Translations under genes and position numbers: made by a program | In this document: piece after piece, positions 53,915 to 54,427 of the stretch | Layout: each line of letters opens with the position of its first letter | How positions within the stretch are numbered: the stretch's first letter is position 1 | Virus record (IMG/VR): IMGVR_UViG_3300003465_000008 | Span: 1 to 54,427 of that record | Origin: a virus | Lineage: Duplodnaviria > Caudoviricetes | DNA: 54,427 nucleotides | Strand: one strand, 5' to 3' | Notes under the pieces: model-generated | Database searches by the model: none | The model's input: only the letters and a program-made list of their open reading frames with translations | Told to the model about the DNA's origin: nothing

Positions 53915-54427
53915 ATGCGCTACGCCACCGTATGCAGCGGAATCGAAGCGCCGACGGCCGCTTGGCATCCGCTCGGCTGGGAGCCCGTGTTCTTTTCCGA
54001 GATCGAGAAGTTTGCGAGCGCCGTGCTCGCGCACCATTACCCGAAGGTGCCGAACCGCGGCGACATGACGAAGTTCATGGAATGGCCGGATGAGCCAGTT
54101 GACCTTATTTGCGCAGGAACCCCCTGCCAGTCCTTCACGCTGCACAAGCCAATGGACAGCATCATCGCCTTCGGCCAGCAGAACTCGGCTCGGCAAGGCG
54201 CAAGCGCAAGCGTCACTCCGACGTTGGACAAGTCGAAAGTTCCCGGCGTAGGACATGGAATGCGCGTGCGCCGCCTGACTCCGCGCGAGTGCGAGCGCCT
54301 GCAGGGCTTCCCCGACGATTACACGCTGATCCCGTATAACGGCAAGCCCGCGAAGGACGGCCCGCGCTATAAGGCGCTCGGCAATTCGATGGCGGTGCCA
54401 GTGGTGCGCTGGATCGGCGAGCGGATC
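53915..54427 (+). CDS. internally deleted C5 DNA cytosine methyltransferase (continues at 100-144 across the circular junction; 185 aa)
   Basis: Manual translation: TVCSGIEA (I), FFSEIE (II), GTPCQSF (IV), RRLTPRECERLQGFPD (IX), GNSMAVPV (X); absent from the ORF track. Confidence 0.8.
   Translation, partial: MRYATVCSGIEAPTAAWHPLGWEPVFFSEIEKFASAVLAHHYPKVPNRGDMTKFMEWPDEPVDLICAGTPCQSFTLHKPMDSIIAFGQQNSARQGASASVTPTLDKSKVPGVGHGMRVRRLTPRECERLQGFPDDYTLIPYNGKPAKDGPRYKALGNSMAVPVVRWIGERI
54329..54427. repeat. 99-bp terminal direct repeat (right copy)
   Basis: Identical to 1-99. Confidence 0.95.

Noticed and set aside
54329-54427. 99-bp repeat as a biological terminal repeat or att site
   Set aside because: It falls mid-gene and equals a common assembler k-mer length, so it is best read as circular assembly overlap
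1-54427. Stop-codon reassignment
   Set aside because: Recognisable genes are intact and densely packed under the standard code, and TAG, TGA and TAA all serve as stops

Overview
The window is an apparently complete, circularly assembled, GC-rich tailed-phage genome. Bases 1-99 are identical to 54329-54427, giving a unit length of about 54,328 bp. It looks podovirus-like (portal, major capsid, tail tubular/stabilisation and three ejection-type proteins; no tape measure). Early recombination and accessory genes run on + from about 50849 across the origin to 4955. Replication, packaging, structural and lysis genes run on - from about 50770 down to 4959. An inverted 6 kb + strand operon (31537-37439) interrupts the head module. 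I recognised no integrase, CI-type repressor, DNA polymerase, canonical tRNA or CRISPR array. The main hypothesis is a phage-encoded virion glycosylation system: (1) a nonulosonic (sialic-like) acid synthase, CMP-transferase, aminotransferase, VOC and radical SAM operon; (2) a Maf/DUF115-like putative transferase among the capsid genes; (3) two Thr/Gln-rich collagen fibres with no head domain, followed by YkgJ-like, GH130-like/radical SAM and TPR/FkbM genes. A second signal is three long-range-paired, cloverleaf-like RNA elements nested inside early coding genes, two ending in a tRNA-like 7-bp stem plus NCCA. The genome also carries an Acb2-like anti-CBASS gene, an internally deleted C5 methyltransferase and genes bracketed by 20-bp direct repeats. 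All family calls come from motifs recognised by eye, not from database searches.
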